DNA of 64,000 nucleotides. Origin: a virus. The number at the start of each line of letters is the position of its first letter. The first letter of the stretch is position 1. The notes beneath the pieces were generated by a model. It did not search any database. It was not told the origin of the DNA and saw only the letters and a list, made by a program, of their open reading frames with translations. Below, piece after piece: positions 40,623-48,705 of the stretch. A program made the position numbers and the translations under genes. The stretch spans positions 1-64,000 of IMG/VR virus record IMGVR_UViG_3300017788_001394; one strand, 5' to 3'.

Positions 40623-41799
40623 AGTAAATAGTTGGGATGAATTTCAACCATTGGAAGAATTGTTAGTAGGAAGTGTATACAACAGCGAATTCTTCAATGA
40701 AGTTAAAAATCCAAAAATACGCAGTGCATTAAAAAAGATCATTGACGAAACACAAGAAGATCTTGAATACTTCAAAACTCAAATGCAAAGTCATGGCATT
40801 AAGGTGTATCAGCCTAGTCCTACAGAACTAGGATACAAGTCTAGTATCATGGACTACGTGAACGAAAACGGAGAGCTTGGATATAAAAGAAACGTAGGCG
40901 GATCGTTTTTTACCACTGGTGTTAGTGCAAGTTTAATTCCAAACCCGCCGCTACAGCCAAGAGATGATAGTATTGTAATGGGTAACAAGATACTAGTCAC
41001 CGACCCCAACACATATGCTATTAAGGCGCTGTTGCCGAAATTTGAGGAATGGTTCGGTAAGGAAAATATCGACACTTCAATGAAGAAAGAAAATGTTCAG
41101 TTACCAAGAAGCGAAAAGAATCTTAAAAACTACTTGACCAGAAACAATATTGCTGTAACTGATGAGAATCTCGAAGCTGCTAAAAAGATAGAAACATTGG
41201 GCGGATTTTGCAGTCCAACACTAACTAGGATTGGCAAAACCTGTTTAGTAGATACATGGCAAGTACCTACAGTAGTAGAAGATTTCTTAAGTGTAAAAGT
41301 TCCAGAGTTTGATTACCGCAAGATTACAATCGGCGGTCATAATGATAGTATTTTTAGCGTGATTAAGCCAGGTGTATTGGTAGCAACAAGAGAACTAGAA
41401 CCTTACAAGCATATTTTTGAAGGCTGGGATATTATTTGGTTTGATGATCCAAATTGGAGTCATGTTAGACACTGGCTGGATCTACGTGCTAAGAATCGTG
41501 GCAAGTGGTGGGTCCCTGGCGAAGAACAAAACGACGAGTTTACTTCGTTTGTTGAAACATTCCTTAGTAACTGGACTGGTATGGCCGAAGAAACTATATT
41601 TGATGTTAACTGTTTGGTTATCGACGATCAACACGTTGTTGTTAATAGCGAAAATCCTTATCTGATTGAAAACCTAGAAAAGCATAACATGACGCCTGTT
41701 ATTTGCCCACTGAGACATAGCTTCTTTTGGGATGGCGGATGGCATTGCTTGACACTTGATATTAAACGCAGAGGTGGACAAATTGACTACGGAATTTGA
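40615..41799 (+). CDS. amidinotransferase
   Basis: VNSWDEFQPLEELLVG, QPRDD, GHND, FDVN, DGGWHCLTLD. Confidence 0.85.
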   Translation: MSKVNSWDEFQPLEELLVGSVYNSEFFNEVKNPKIRSALKKIIDETQEDLEYFKTQMQSHGIKVYQPSPTELGYKSSIMDYVNENGELGYKRNVGGSFFTTGVSASLIPNPPLQPRDDSIVMGNKILVTDPNTYAIKALLPKFEEWFGKENIDTSMKKENVQLPRSEKNLKNYLTRNNIAVTDENLEAAKKIETLGGFCSPTLTRIGKTCLVDTWQVPTVVEDFLSVKVPEFDYRKITIGGHNDSIFSVIKPGVLVATRELEPYKHIFEGWDIIWFDDPNWSHVRHWLDLRAKNRGKWWVPGEEQNDEFTSFVETFLSNWTGMAEETIFDVNCLVIDDQHVVVNSENPYLIENLEKHNMTPVICPLRHSFFWDGGWHCLTLDIKRRGGQIDYGI

Positions 41800-42271
41800 A
41801 GCATATATGAAAGAATGGATTTTAAACGATCTTTCATCTCCTGTTGCTGCATTAAATAATTTTTCAAAATGCCCGTATGCTAAAACAGCATTTTTAGAAA
41901 ACAAGGTGCGGTTCGTGGACGGTAGCGCAAACTTATATGCTGTAGTGGAGAAAGTTGTAGCACACTGGGATGACCAGCTTACAGAAGTTGTTGTTATACA
42001 CCTGGGTGATAGTATATCATCTGATGATATAGAAACAACAGTAAACGCATTAAATCAACAGTATATGCCCGAAGATTTTATTTTCCTTGACGACCATGTG
42101 GAAAACGAAGAACGTATGCATGACGTTGTTTTCAACAATGGAAAGTATAATGTTCTGTTTTTACAACAGAAAAGCAAACTAGATTTAGCAGCCAAAAAAT
42201 TAGAAAAGCTAGGCTATTATAAGAATTGGACTAAAGAGTACTACGACGAAGTTGTAAGTTGGCGATCATAA
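41756..42271 (+). CDS. DUF1415-like protein (start uncertain)
   Basis: WIL...LNNFSKCPYAK motif. Confidence 0.5.
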   Translation: MILNAEVDKLTTEFEAYMKEWILNDLSSPVAALNNFSKCPYAKTAFLENKVRFVDGSANLYAVVEKVVAHWDDQLTEVVVIHLGDSISSDDIETTVNALNQQYMPEDFIFLDDHVENEERMHDVVFNNGKYNVLFLQQKSKLDLAAKKLEKLGYYKNWTKEYYDEVVSWRS

Positions 42272-42694
42272 CGGTCCTAACAATTCAAAGCCATCTATTT
42301 TACTTTTATATTCGTCGGCGCCTCCTAAGTATAGATACTTAAACCCTAGTTCTTTATAATAAGCACATTCGATTTTTAAACTACTGATGCCTAGTCTTAA
42401 TTTAGGATTTTTATAATCCCATGCAAACTGTATTGCTTCTACATTTTCGTTATCATATCGTCTTAATATACTAAATCCTACTAATTGATCGTTATCATAA
42501 TATCCGATAATATCATTGTTTTTATCTGTAAACTCGCTATCAAATATAGGCATTACACTTCTAAATTTTTTATAGTTACAGTATTCTCTATATAAGTTTT
42601 GTAACTCGCTAATTTCAAAATCTTGTATAGTTAATAAGCTATAATTGCCTAGTTTATTGTAATTGGTTTTACTTAAATCAATTCTCGCATACAT
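42266..42694 (-). CDS. ATE/Bpt-like aminoacyl-tRNA-protein transferase C-terminal (GNAT) domain
   Basis: YYDNDQLVG...FAWDY....LRLGISSL..E...KELGFKYLYLG...YK matches the ATE_C pattern. Confidence 0.65.
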   Translation of the reverse strand: MYARIDLSKTNYNKLGNYSLLTIQDFEISELQNLYREYCNYKKFRSVMPIFDSEFTDKNNDIIGYYDNDQLVGFSILRRYDNENVEAIQFAWDYKNPKLRLGISSLKIECAYYKELGFKYLYLGGADEYKSKIDGFELLGPL

Positions 42695-42730
42695 ATCTAT
42701 TCCAATGATAGTTTCATACTTTTAATAAAA

Positions 42731-43378
42731 TCATTTATTTTCATCCGTATTGTTGTCTGGAGGTGTCAATAGTGCGGTAAGATGGTCATCCAGCCACCAT
42801 CGATCTGCAGGTTGTATGTATTTTTCATTGGCATCTTGCTTTAAAATTTCTTCAATTTGAGGATCGTCCCATGCTATCGGAAAATCCAGCCAATGTGACA
42901 AACTTTTCACGTATTGCTGCTTATAAAGATACAATAATTCCTGACTGATATAAAACGGAGGTATTTTTATATTTTTTAAAAGCTGTGGCATGTTGCCCCA
43001 AGTAGGACCGCCACGAAGTCGTGTTTGTTGATGTGTTAATATATTTTTATCCCTACCAATAACCACCAGTTGTGTATCGATACCGACATCCTCTAATTTA
43101 TTTATAAAATCAAATACAGGCGGTACTTTAGGCAACCAGTTTTCGATATAAGGATTCGAAATACTTGTTACAGCGTATTGTTTACCTCCCATTATGTTAA
43201 CATCAATTTTATCTATATTATTCCAGTAATAGTTAAACGGTTCTTTATAATGTGGTATAAAATAACCGTCGGGTTTAAGTGCATCTTTCCACCCATGCAC
43301 ATCTTTATGTAAACTAAAAATTTTACCAAATAAATGATTCCCAGATCCTTGTGGACCTACTAATACAATCATCTTCAA
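42731..43378 (-). CDS. sulfotransferase/P-loop-like protein
   Basis: LVGPQGSGNHL, VVIGRD. Confidence 0.5.
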   Translation of the reverse strand: MKMIVLVGPQGSGNHLFGKIFSLHKDVHGWKDALKPDGYFIPHYKEPFNYYWNNIDKIDVNIMGGKQYAVTSISNPYIENWLPKVPPVFDFINKLEDVGIDTQLVVIGRDKNILTHQQTRLRGGPTWGNMPQLLKNIKIPPFYISQELLYLYKQQYVKSLSHWLDFPIAWDDPQIEEILKQDANEKYIQPADRWWLDDHLTALLTPPDNNTDENK

Positions 43379-43399
43379 TTTTCGATTCCTTTGAAAATT

Positions 43400-43436
43400 A
43401 AAATACGGCTACATATCATTATGCAGCCGTATTTTT
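43400..43436 (-). terminator. intrinsic terminator after the symporter
   Basis: AAAATACGGCTGCAT-aatgat-ATGTAGCCGTATTTT on the minus strand. Confidence 0.75.
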
Positions 43437-43451
43437 AATATAACAATTACT

Positions 43452-44930
43452 TTACTGTGAATTTGAAATTAATTCAGTGGTTTTGCTTTTGTTAACAGCC
43501 GTAATCAGACTAGCTAGTATACCTGATCCGAAGATTGCTATTAGTGTTCCTGCCATAGTAAATGCAGCACCACCACCAAACTGTTGACCATATACAAACA
43601 TTGGGAAACCTATAATGAATGCAATCACAATGCCCCAAAACATACCATGCTCGCTAATCAACTCAGGCTTCCATAGATGTAACATCATTGGCCACCATAC
43701 TGTTGCTCTCATCACACCAAAGAACAAGAAAATTGTCAACAGTGTCATTCCGGGCCAGTTTGCGATTACAAGAGCCATAGTAGCTAGTGCTAGCATACCA
43801 CCTCTTGACCATTTGATATTAGCTGCTTCGCTGCTGTCGTTACTAAACTTGTTTTTGATGTCATGTCCTACTAGTGATGCAGCACTATTAAGTTGACTGT
43901 CTAATACTGCAACAAGTCCTGCAAGCAACATGAACAACACAATAAGCACTGTCCAGCTTGGCAAGAAGCTACCGATGGTAATAACTGTAGTCATACCTAC
44001 CAGTTCTTTTGGAATTTCTAAGCCAGCGCCTGCAGCAACAAATCCAAGTGAACCGATCATCAAAGGTACAAATACGAAGATAAATGCGCCGCCGATGAAT
44101 GCATGTTTGATGCGATCTTGCTTAATAGCAAACGCTCTCTGGTAGAATCCGTTATCGCCCCATGGTGCACCAAGGTGTCCAAGTGCAGTACTCATACCTA
44201 CTGCCATAAACACACCAAGCGCAAAATCGTTAACTAGGCTTGCACCATTGCCGGTTATACCGCCAAATCCAGTTGTTAGTATTGCACTACCACCTGCTGC
44301 ACTCCATGCCCATGGAATAACAACTATTATACCTGCCCACAATACTACGATTTTAAAAATTTCAGTAATAACGGACGCTTTTAATCCGCCACGCAGTGCA
44401 TATAGCAGTGCGATGCCTGCAAGTGCAATTGTTACAAAGTGATAGTTGATGCCAGTGATGGTTTGAACTGCCTGCGAGCCTGCAAGTGCGTTGATTGCAA
44501 ATGCACAGCTAGCTAACATCCAAAGTTCTAACAAGAAGATATTTTGCACACGGCTGCTAAACTTTTCTTTAATATAGCCTGGTAACGTAAAGCCCATCGG
44601 CTGACTTGCTCTAATTTTATGAACAAATAATCCAAATATAATTAAACTTAAGAAGTTACCTATAGTAAACCAAAATAGCCCAGCAATGCCATTCATGTAT
44701 GCCATTTGAGCTGAAATAAACAGTGCTGGTGCCCATGCCCATGCTGCTGCAGTACTCATTGCCCCTGCTAATCCGCCGATTTCACGACGTGCTACTAAGA
44801 AGCTTGTTTTGTTGTCCGCATAGCCTTTAACATACCAAGCAGTTAATGCAAAGACTATTAAACCATACAGTCCTACTAATAACCATCCGGTGGTTTGGTC
44901 GAATAGCGGAAATAATGTTGTTAAATCCAT
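43452..44930 (-). CDS. sodium:solute symporter (SSS) family transporter
   Basis: Many hydrophobic helices; FLVARR, AAWAWAP, GGLKASVIT, FYQRAFA, LDSQLNS. Confidence 0.85.
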   Translation of the reverse strand: MDLTTLFPLFDQTTGWLLVGLYGLIVFALTAWYVKGYADNKTSFLVARREIGGLAGAMSTAAAWAWAPALFISAQMAYMNGIAGLFWFTIGNFLSLIIFGLFVHKIRASQPMGFTLPGYIKEKFSSRVQNIFLLELWMLASCAFAINALAGSQAVQTITGINYHFVTIALAGIALLYALRGGLKASVITEIFKIVVLWAGIIVVIPWAWSAAGGSAILTTGFGGITGNGASLVNDFALGVFMAVGMSTALGHLGAPWGDNGFYQRAFAIKQDRIKHAFIGGAFIFVFVPLMIGSLGFVAAGAGLEIPKELVGMTTVITIGSFLPSWTVLIVLFMLLAGLVAVLDSQLNSAASLVGHDIKNKFSNDSSEAANIKWSRGGMLALATMALVIANWPGMTLLTIFLFFGVMRATVWWPMMLHLWKPELISEHGMFWGIVIAFIIGFPMFVYGQQFGGGAAFTMAGTLIAIFGSGILASLITAVNKSKTTELISNSQ

Positions 44931-44931
44931 T

Positions 44932-45669
44932 TTATTCTCCTTTAATGTATCTATATACTACTCGTTCGGCCGGTGTAGTTACATCGCCAAACTCCACTCT
45001 TTTTAACTGCTCGTAGTAAGGCTGTTGAAGTGTTTTTCTATATTCGAATACTTCATCAAACAATTCATAATCACAAACTTCCCAAGAAAGAAAATTAGAA
45101 ATTTTATCAAAAAACTCTGTTGGTTTAGAATGATTAACATCGTACATGTTAACACGTAACAGGTTTGCATTGTTGTATTCTTTATTAAACGACCCCGCTG
45201 CAATATCTGCTCTGAGCCTGACGAGCAAGTCGTCTTCATCTGTAGCTTCTATCATCCCATACCAACGTGCTTGATCCATTGTTGGTTCATTGCGAAGGTA
45301 TCGCATCAGATGTTCTTCTACTGTAGTGCATTCTAGTAAAATCATCTTATCGTTATTTTGTAAATTACCAATGGCAGTTTCTATACTAGGGTTTAGTTTT
45401 TCTCTAACACCTACAGGCCAGCCTGCGTATATGTTATAGCCCCACAGCTTTTCTTTTGATCTTGACAAATCCATCATTGCAATAAAATTGTCATTGTTTT
45501 GTATTTTACAGTAAGTAACGTATTTGTGCCCACTACCGTCTGGTAGCAAAGGATTATCAGTAACTACTGGTTGATGCTTTTTGCGTTCCGCACTAAATCT
45601 ATCAACTACCCAACTTAAAAAACTGCCATATGCACCAGGTTGATATGCAAGGCAAATTAATTGTGTCAT
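44932..45669 (-). CDS. hypothetical, sulfotransferase/P-loop-like
   Basis: LAYQPGAYGSFLSW N-terminus; AGGAG SD. Confidence 0.5.
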   Translation of the reverse strand: MTQLICLAYQPGAYGSFLSWVVDRFSAERKKHQPVVTDNPLLPDGSGHKYVTYCKIQNNDNFIAMMDLSRSKEKLWGYNIYAGWPVGVREKLNPSIETAIGNLQNNDKMILLECTTVEEHLMRYLRNEPTMDQARWYGMIEATDEDDLLVRLRADIAAGSFNKEYNNANLLRVNMYDVNHSKPTEFFDKISNFLSWEVCDYELFDEVFEYRKTLQQPYYEQLKRVEFGDVTTPAERVVYRYIKGE

Positions 45670-45696
45670 TTTAAATATTTCTCCTGTATGTCATTG

Positions 45697-45794
45697 AAAA
45701 ACCCCTGCCAGATTAATAGCAGAGGCTAAAGTTATACTACCATTTTATTTGATAGAGAAACAACGAACTTACTGTTAGTAGCGTTGTTGCTTCT
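45697..45794 (-). ncRNA. candidate structured leader RNA: hairpin, possible pseudoknot, terminator hairpin
   Basis: AGAAGCAAC/GTTGTTTCT stem, then AGCCTCTGCTA-ttaatc-TGGCAGGGGTT followed by a T run. Confidence 0.45.
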
Positions 45795-45825
45795 GTGTTA
45801 ATTATATAGTGTTTTATTTATTTGG

Positions 45826-46503
45826 TTATTTTTTCGACCAGACAAAATACAACCGATTGTTATGATCGTGTTTAATGTCAATGACATCAACGCCAAAGTA
45901 GTCTGCACAGTTAATAATAAAGTTACTATTCCACGAGTAAAAACTAATCCATCGGCTTTCGGGTGGAGTATGCTGTACACCGGGATTTACTCTGAAAAAT
46001 AGCTTTCCTTTAGATGCAGTTAACGATACTGCTTTTTCTAGTTCAGTAAAGATTTTATCAGTGCTACCAAAGTTAATACTACCTAGTGCTAATACAACAT
46101 CGTATTGTTGACTAGTTGTATAATCAGCAATTTTACACTGTATGTCGGCATGACTGTTGTAAGGATCTAAGCCTGTCAGGTTATTAATTTTACCTTTGAA
46201 TTCGTTGTAACCACAACCAATGTCAAGCACCGAGCGTGGTTTTAATGAATTGACTTCTTCAATTAGCTTTAATCCGCTATACTTAAACTTCTTCATTTCA
46301 GGTTGCCATACTTCACTAAAGTATCGACCTAATACTTTGTCGTCGATTTTTTCTACCAACTCGCCTATGTTGCTAAAACTTACATTGTCGACCCATATAT
46401 CAAACGTTCCGACGATTGCTTGCTGCAACTTTGCAGGATGTCTGAGCAACTGAGGGTTAGTTTGCAGCATGTGTTCTACTGCTTCGAGGATTTTATGATT
46501 CAT
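45826..46503 (-). CDS. class I SAM-dependent methyltransferase
   Basis: VLDIGCG, GLDP, YDVVLALGSINF. Confidence 0.8.
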   Translation of the reverse strand: MNHKILEAVEHMLQTNPQLLRHPAKLQQAIVGTFDIWVDNVSFSNIGELVEKIDDKVLGRYFSEVWQPEMKKFKYSGLKLIEEVNSLKPRSVLDIGCGYNEFKGKINNLTGLDPYNSHADIQCKIADYTTSQQYDVVLALGSINFGSTDKIFTELEKAVSLTASKGKLFFRVNPGVQHTPPESRWISFYSWNSNFIINCADYFGVDVIDIKHDHNNRLYFVWSKK

Positions 46504-46539
46504 TTACTAATATTTCTCACATTTCAGACATATTAAAAT

Positions 46540-46568
46540 GATTATAATATTATTATAATCGTTGTCAA
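46540..46568 (-). promoter_or_regulatory. sigma70 promoter overlapped by a 21-bp palindrome
   Basis: TTGACA-N16-TATAAT on the minus strand; GATTATAATA-T-TATTATAATC at 46540-46560. Confidence 0.65.
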
Positions 46569-46792
46569 TCATTATTATATAATATTATCACTGCTTTACC
46601 TGGACCTGCCATTGAAGGCAAATCCCCATACTCTGTTACATACCATTCTATTACTGCACGATACCATTTTTGACTGTCATGGTGTGCTAATTTATTAAAA
46701 CGGTGTATATTATTGTTTGTTGCTTCTATACAAGATATAGATTTTGCTGCTTCGATTTGCAGTTCACGTAACGATAAACTATTTATATCCAA
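46565..46792 (-). CDS. small hypothetical protein
   Basis: 75 aa, coupled to the upstream methyltransferase. Confidence 0.65.
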   Translation of the reverse strand: MDINSLSLRELQIEAAKSISCIEATNNNIHRFNKLAHHDSQKWYRAVIEWYVTEYGDLPSMAGPGKAVIILYNND

Positions 46793-47858
46793 TTCTCATA
46801 AACCTCTTATATTTTTCTAACTGCAATTCTCCAGAATATAACACTTTCTTCATCGGAGTATGTGCTGTAAAATCTTTTAGATTATCATAACAATTAGTGT
46901 GCATTTCTAAATCGTTAAAATCATTAGCCTGTAATACTAGCAGTTTATCTTTTGGTAATGCACGGTACCAACAATCGAACTTTGCAATGTGTTCGCAACT
47001 AGTATTAATTATCGTATCTGGTGTATCGAACAAATGACAGATAGATCCATTTGTTCGTGTTACAAGATAACTGTGTCCTTCATACTTTATGTTGTGTATA
47101 TCTTCAATTGTTGCTTGAAATTTCCAATTGTCGACTACCCAAGGCTTGTTAAATACGTTAGCAACGTGCGAAGTAGCAGGGTCAATATCAAAACTTCTTA
47201 CTTTGCTTAACTGTATGTTATTCTCGAACAACATAACAGATAGTATTCCATACCATCCTGCACACAGAAAAACAGTACCTAAGTCAATATTGATTTTTTT
47301 TATTTCTTTTATTAGCCAGATTTTACTTTGTAACTGACCTCTACTAAAGCAATCTTTATCAAATACAATATTATTTACAAATAACTTTTTAAAGGCATTT
47401 GTAAATTGTGTAGAAGTGTATTGATCTAAGATATTCCACAATTTCCATACGTTTTGTTCTATTATTAGCTTACGTAATTCGTCGTTGCCAATTATTTTAA
47501 AAATACTTCGTAAATTTTTGTTTACAATTGCAGTACGATATAAATTTACAGTATCATCTTCTTCATCATACAACCTGAATAAGCTATATAAGTTTTTTTC
47601 TATTACTGCACGTCTTAGATCGTCACTATGACCTCCAGTAACTGGAAACTGTTCCATTATTTTAAAAATTGCATGTAAGTTATCATCAATCACAGCACGT
47701 CTGATATCCGAATCTGCATTGCATAACCTAAAAATACTACTAAGGTCACGGTCTATATATGCACGCCTCAAGTTATTCAATGCAGCATTGTCGGGATATA
47801 ACAATTCATATCTATCTAATATCTCATGTGTTTGTAAAGGAAAAATATAGTCAGACAT
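46779..47858 (-). CDS. methyltransferase-like protein with N-terminal repeats
   Basis: LCAGWYG, RSFDID, IINTSCEH; five LRRA(V/I)I..NL..(I/L)F repeats. Confidence 0.7.
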   Translation of the reverse strand: MSDYIFPLQTHEILDRYELLYPDNAALNNLRRAYIDRDLSSIFRLCNADSDIRRAVIDDNLHAIFKIMEQFPVTGGHSDDLRRAVIEKNLYSLFRLYDEEDDTVNLYRTAIVNKNLRSIFKIIGNDELRKLIIEQNVWKLWNILDQYTSTQFTNAFKKLFVNNIVFDKDCFSRGQLQSKIWLIKEIKKINIDLGTVFLCAGWYGILSVMLFENNIQLSKVRSFDIDPATSHVANVFNKPWVVDNWKFQATIEDIHNIKYEGHSYLVTRTNGSICHLFDTPDTIINTSCEHIAKFDCWYRALPKDKLLVLQANDFNDLEMHTNCYDNLKDFTAHTPMKKVLYSGELQLEKYKRFMRIGYK

Positions 47859-47866
47859 TGACACAG

Positions 47867-48580
47867 TTAATCTTCGCCGACTGTTTTTTCAAATTGATTA
47901 TGCAACCAGTCGAAGTTATTAATCTTTTTCAATGATTTTAGATCGTTACGATAATAAGATCCAAACTCACGACCTTGATTGGCACCCATAACACAATATT
48001 CGCCATATGGTCTGTCACGTCCACGACTACACCAAATGTTTAATCTATATTCATTGTCTATGTTATCACCGTTCGGAATAATACTACTAGAAAGTTTAGC
48101 ACATTCTCTAAATGCACTTTTCCACGTTTCGAAAGGATTGGTATTGAATGCAGTAATATTACTAATTTGGAATTTAGGAACAAACGAACAACCAATTGTA
48201 GTTGTCATATCTACATTCCATTTTTTAGCTTTCAACAGTTCTTTACGTGGAAACAGTTTAGCACCGCCGTAACCGTAGACTAAATCGTTTACAGGATTTC
48301 TACTGCGCCAAACATATACGCATTCTGTTTCAGGAACATGCCCATACTCTAATTTACGTGCATTTGGCCTAAAGCTGAATTTAAAATCTTCTTCTATAAT
48401 AGCATCGGCATCAATGACATAAAAATGACTAGTTTCTGCAATCTCTGCTGCTGCCCGGTGTGCATTAAAAATACCTTTAACTCCTTGCACTTGCTTGGCA
48501 TATGGTGCAAATAATTTTAAGTATTCAAAGTTTTCAGCGGCTGTTTCTTCAAAGTAGCTAATTTGTATAACGTCTAGCAT
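47867..48580 (-). CDS. putative glycosyltransferase (GT-A-like)
   Basis: GIFNAHRAAA, FYVIDAD (DxD), YGYGGAKLFP. Confidence 0.6.
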   Translation of the reverse strand: MLDVIQISYFEETAAENFEYLKLFAPYAKQVQGVKGIFNAHRAAAEIAETSHFYVIDADAIIEEDFKFSFRPNARKLEYGHVPETECVYVWRSRNPVNDLVYGYGGAKLFPRKELLKAKKWNVDMTTTIGCSFVPKFQISNITAFNTNPFETWKSAFRECAKLSSSIIPNGDNIDNEYRLNIWCSRGRDRPYGEYCVMGANQGREFGSYYRNDLKSLKKINNFDWLHNQFEKTVGED

Positions 48581-48588
48581 ATTCTTTT

Positions 48589-48705
48589 TTACTCATATAT
48601 GAATGGATCTCGCTTACGCAATTCAGCTAGTCGCTTTTTTAAACGTTTGCGTTCTTTATAATTAGTCCAAGGGCTTAATATAAATTTTATAATTTTGGCA
48701 AGCAT
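48589..48705 (-). CDS. 38-aa basic microprotein (not in ORF track)
   Basis: MLAKIIKFILSPWTNYKERKRLKKRLAELRKRDPFIYE fills the gap after the carbamoyltransferase. Confidence 0.7.
   Translation of the reverse strand: MLAKIIKFILSPWTNYKERKRLKKRLAELRKRDPFIYE

Noticed and set aside
45735-45794. Calling the leader a preQ1-I, SAM-II/V or guanidine riboswitch
   Set aside because: Only the general topology (stem, A-rich linker, possible pseudoknot) is similar; the class-defining nucleotides are not recognisable
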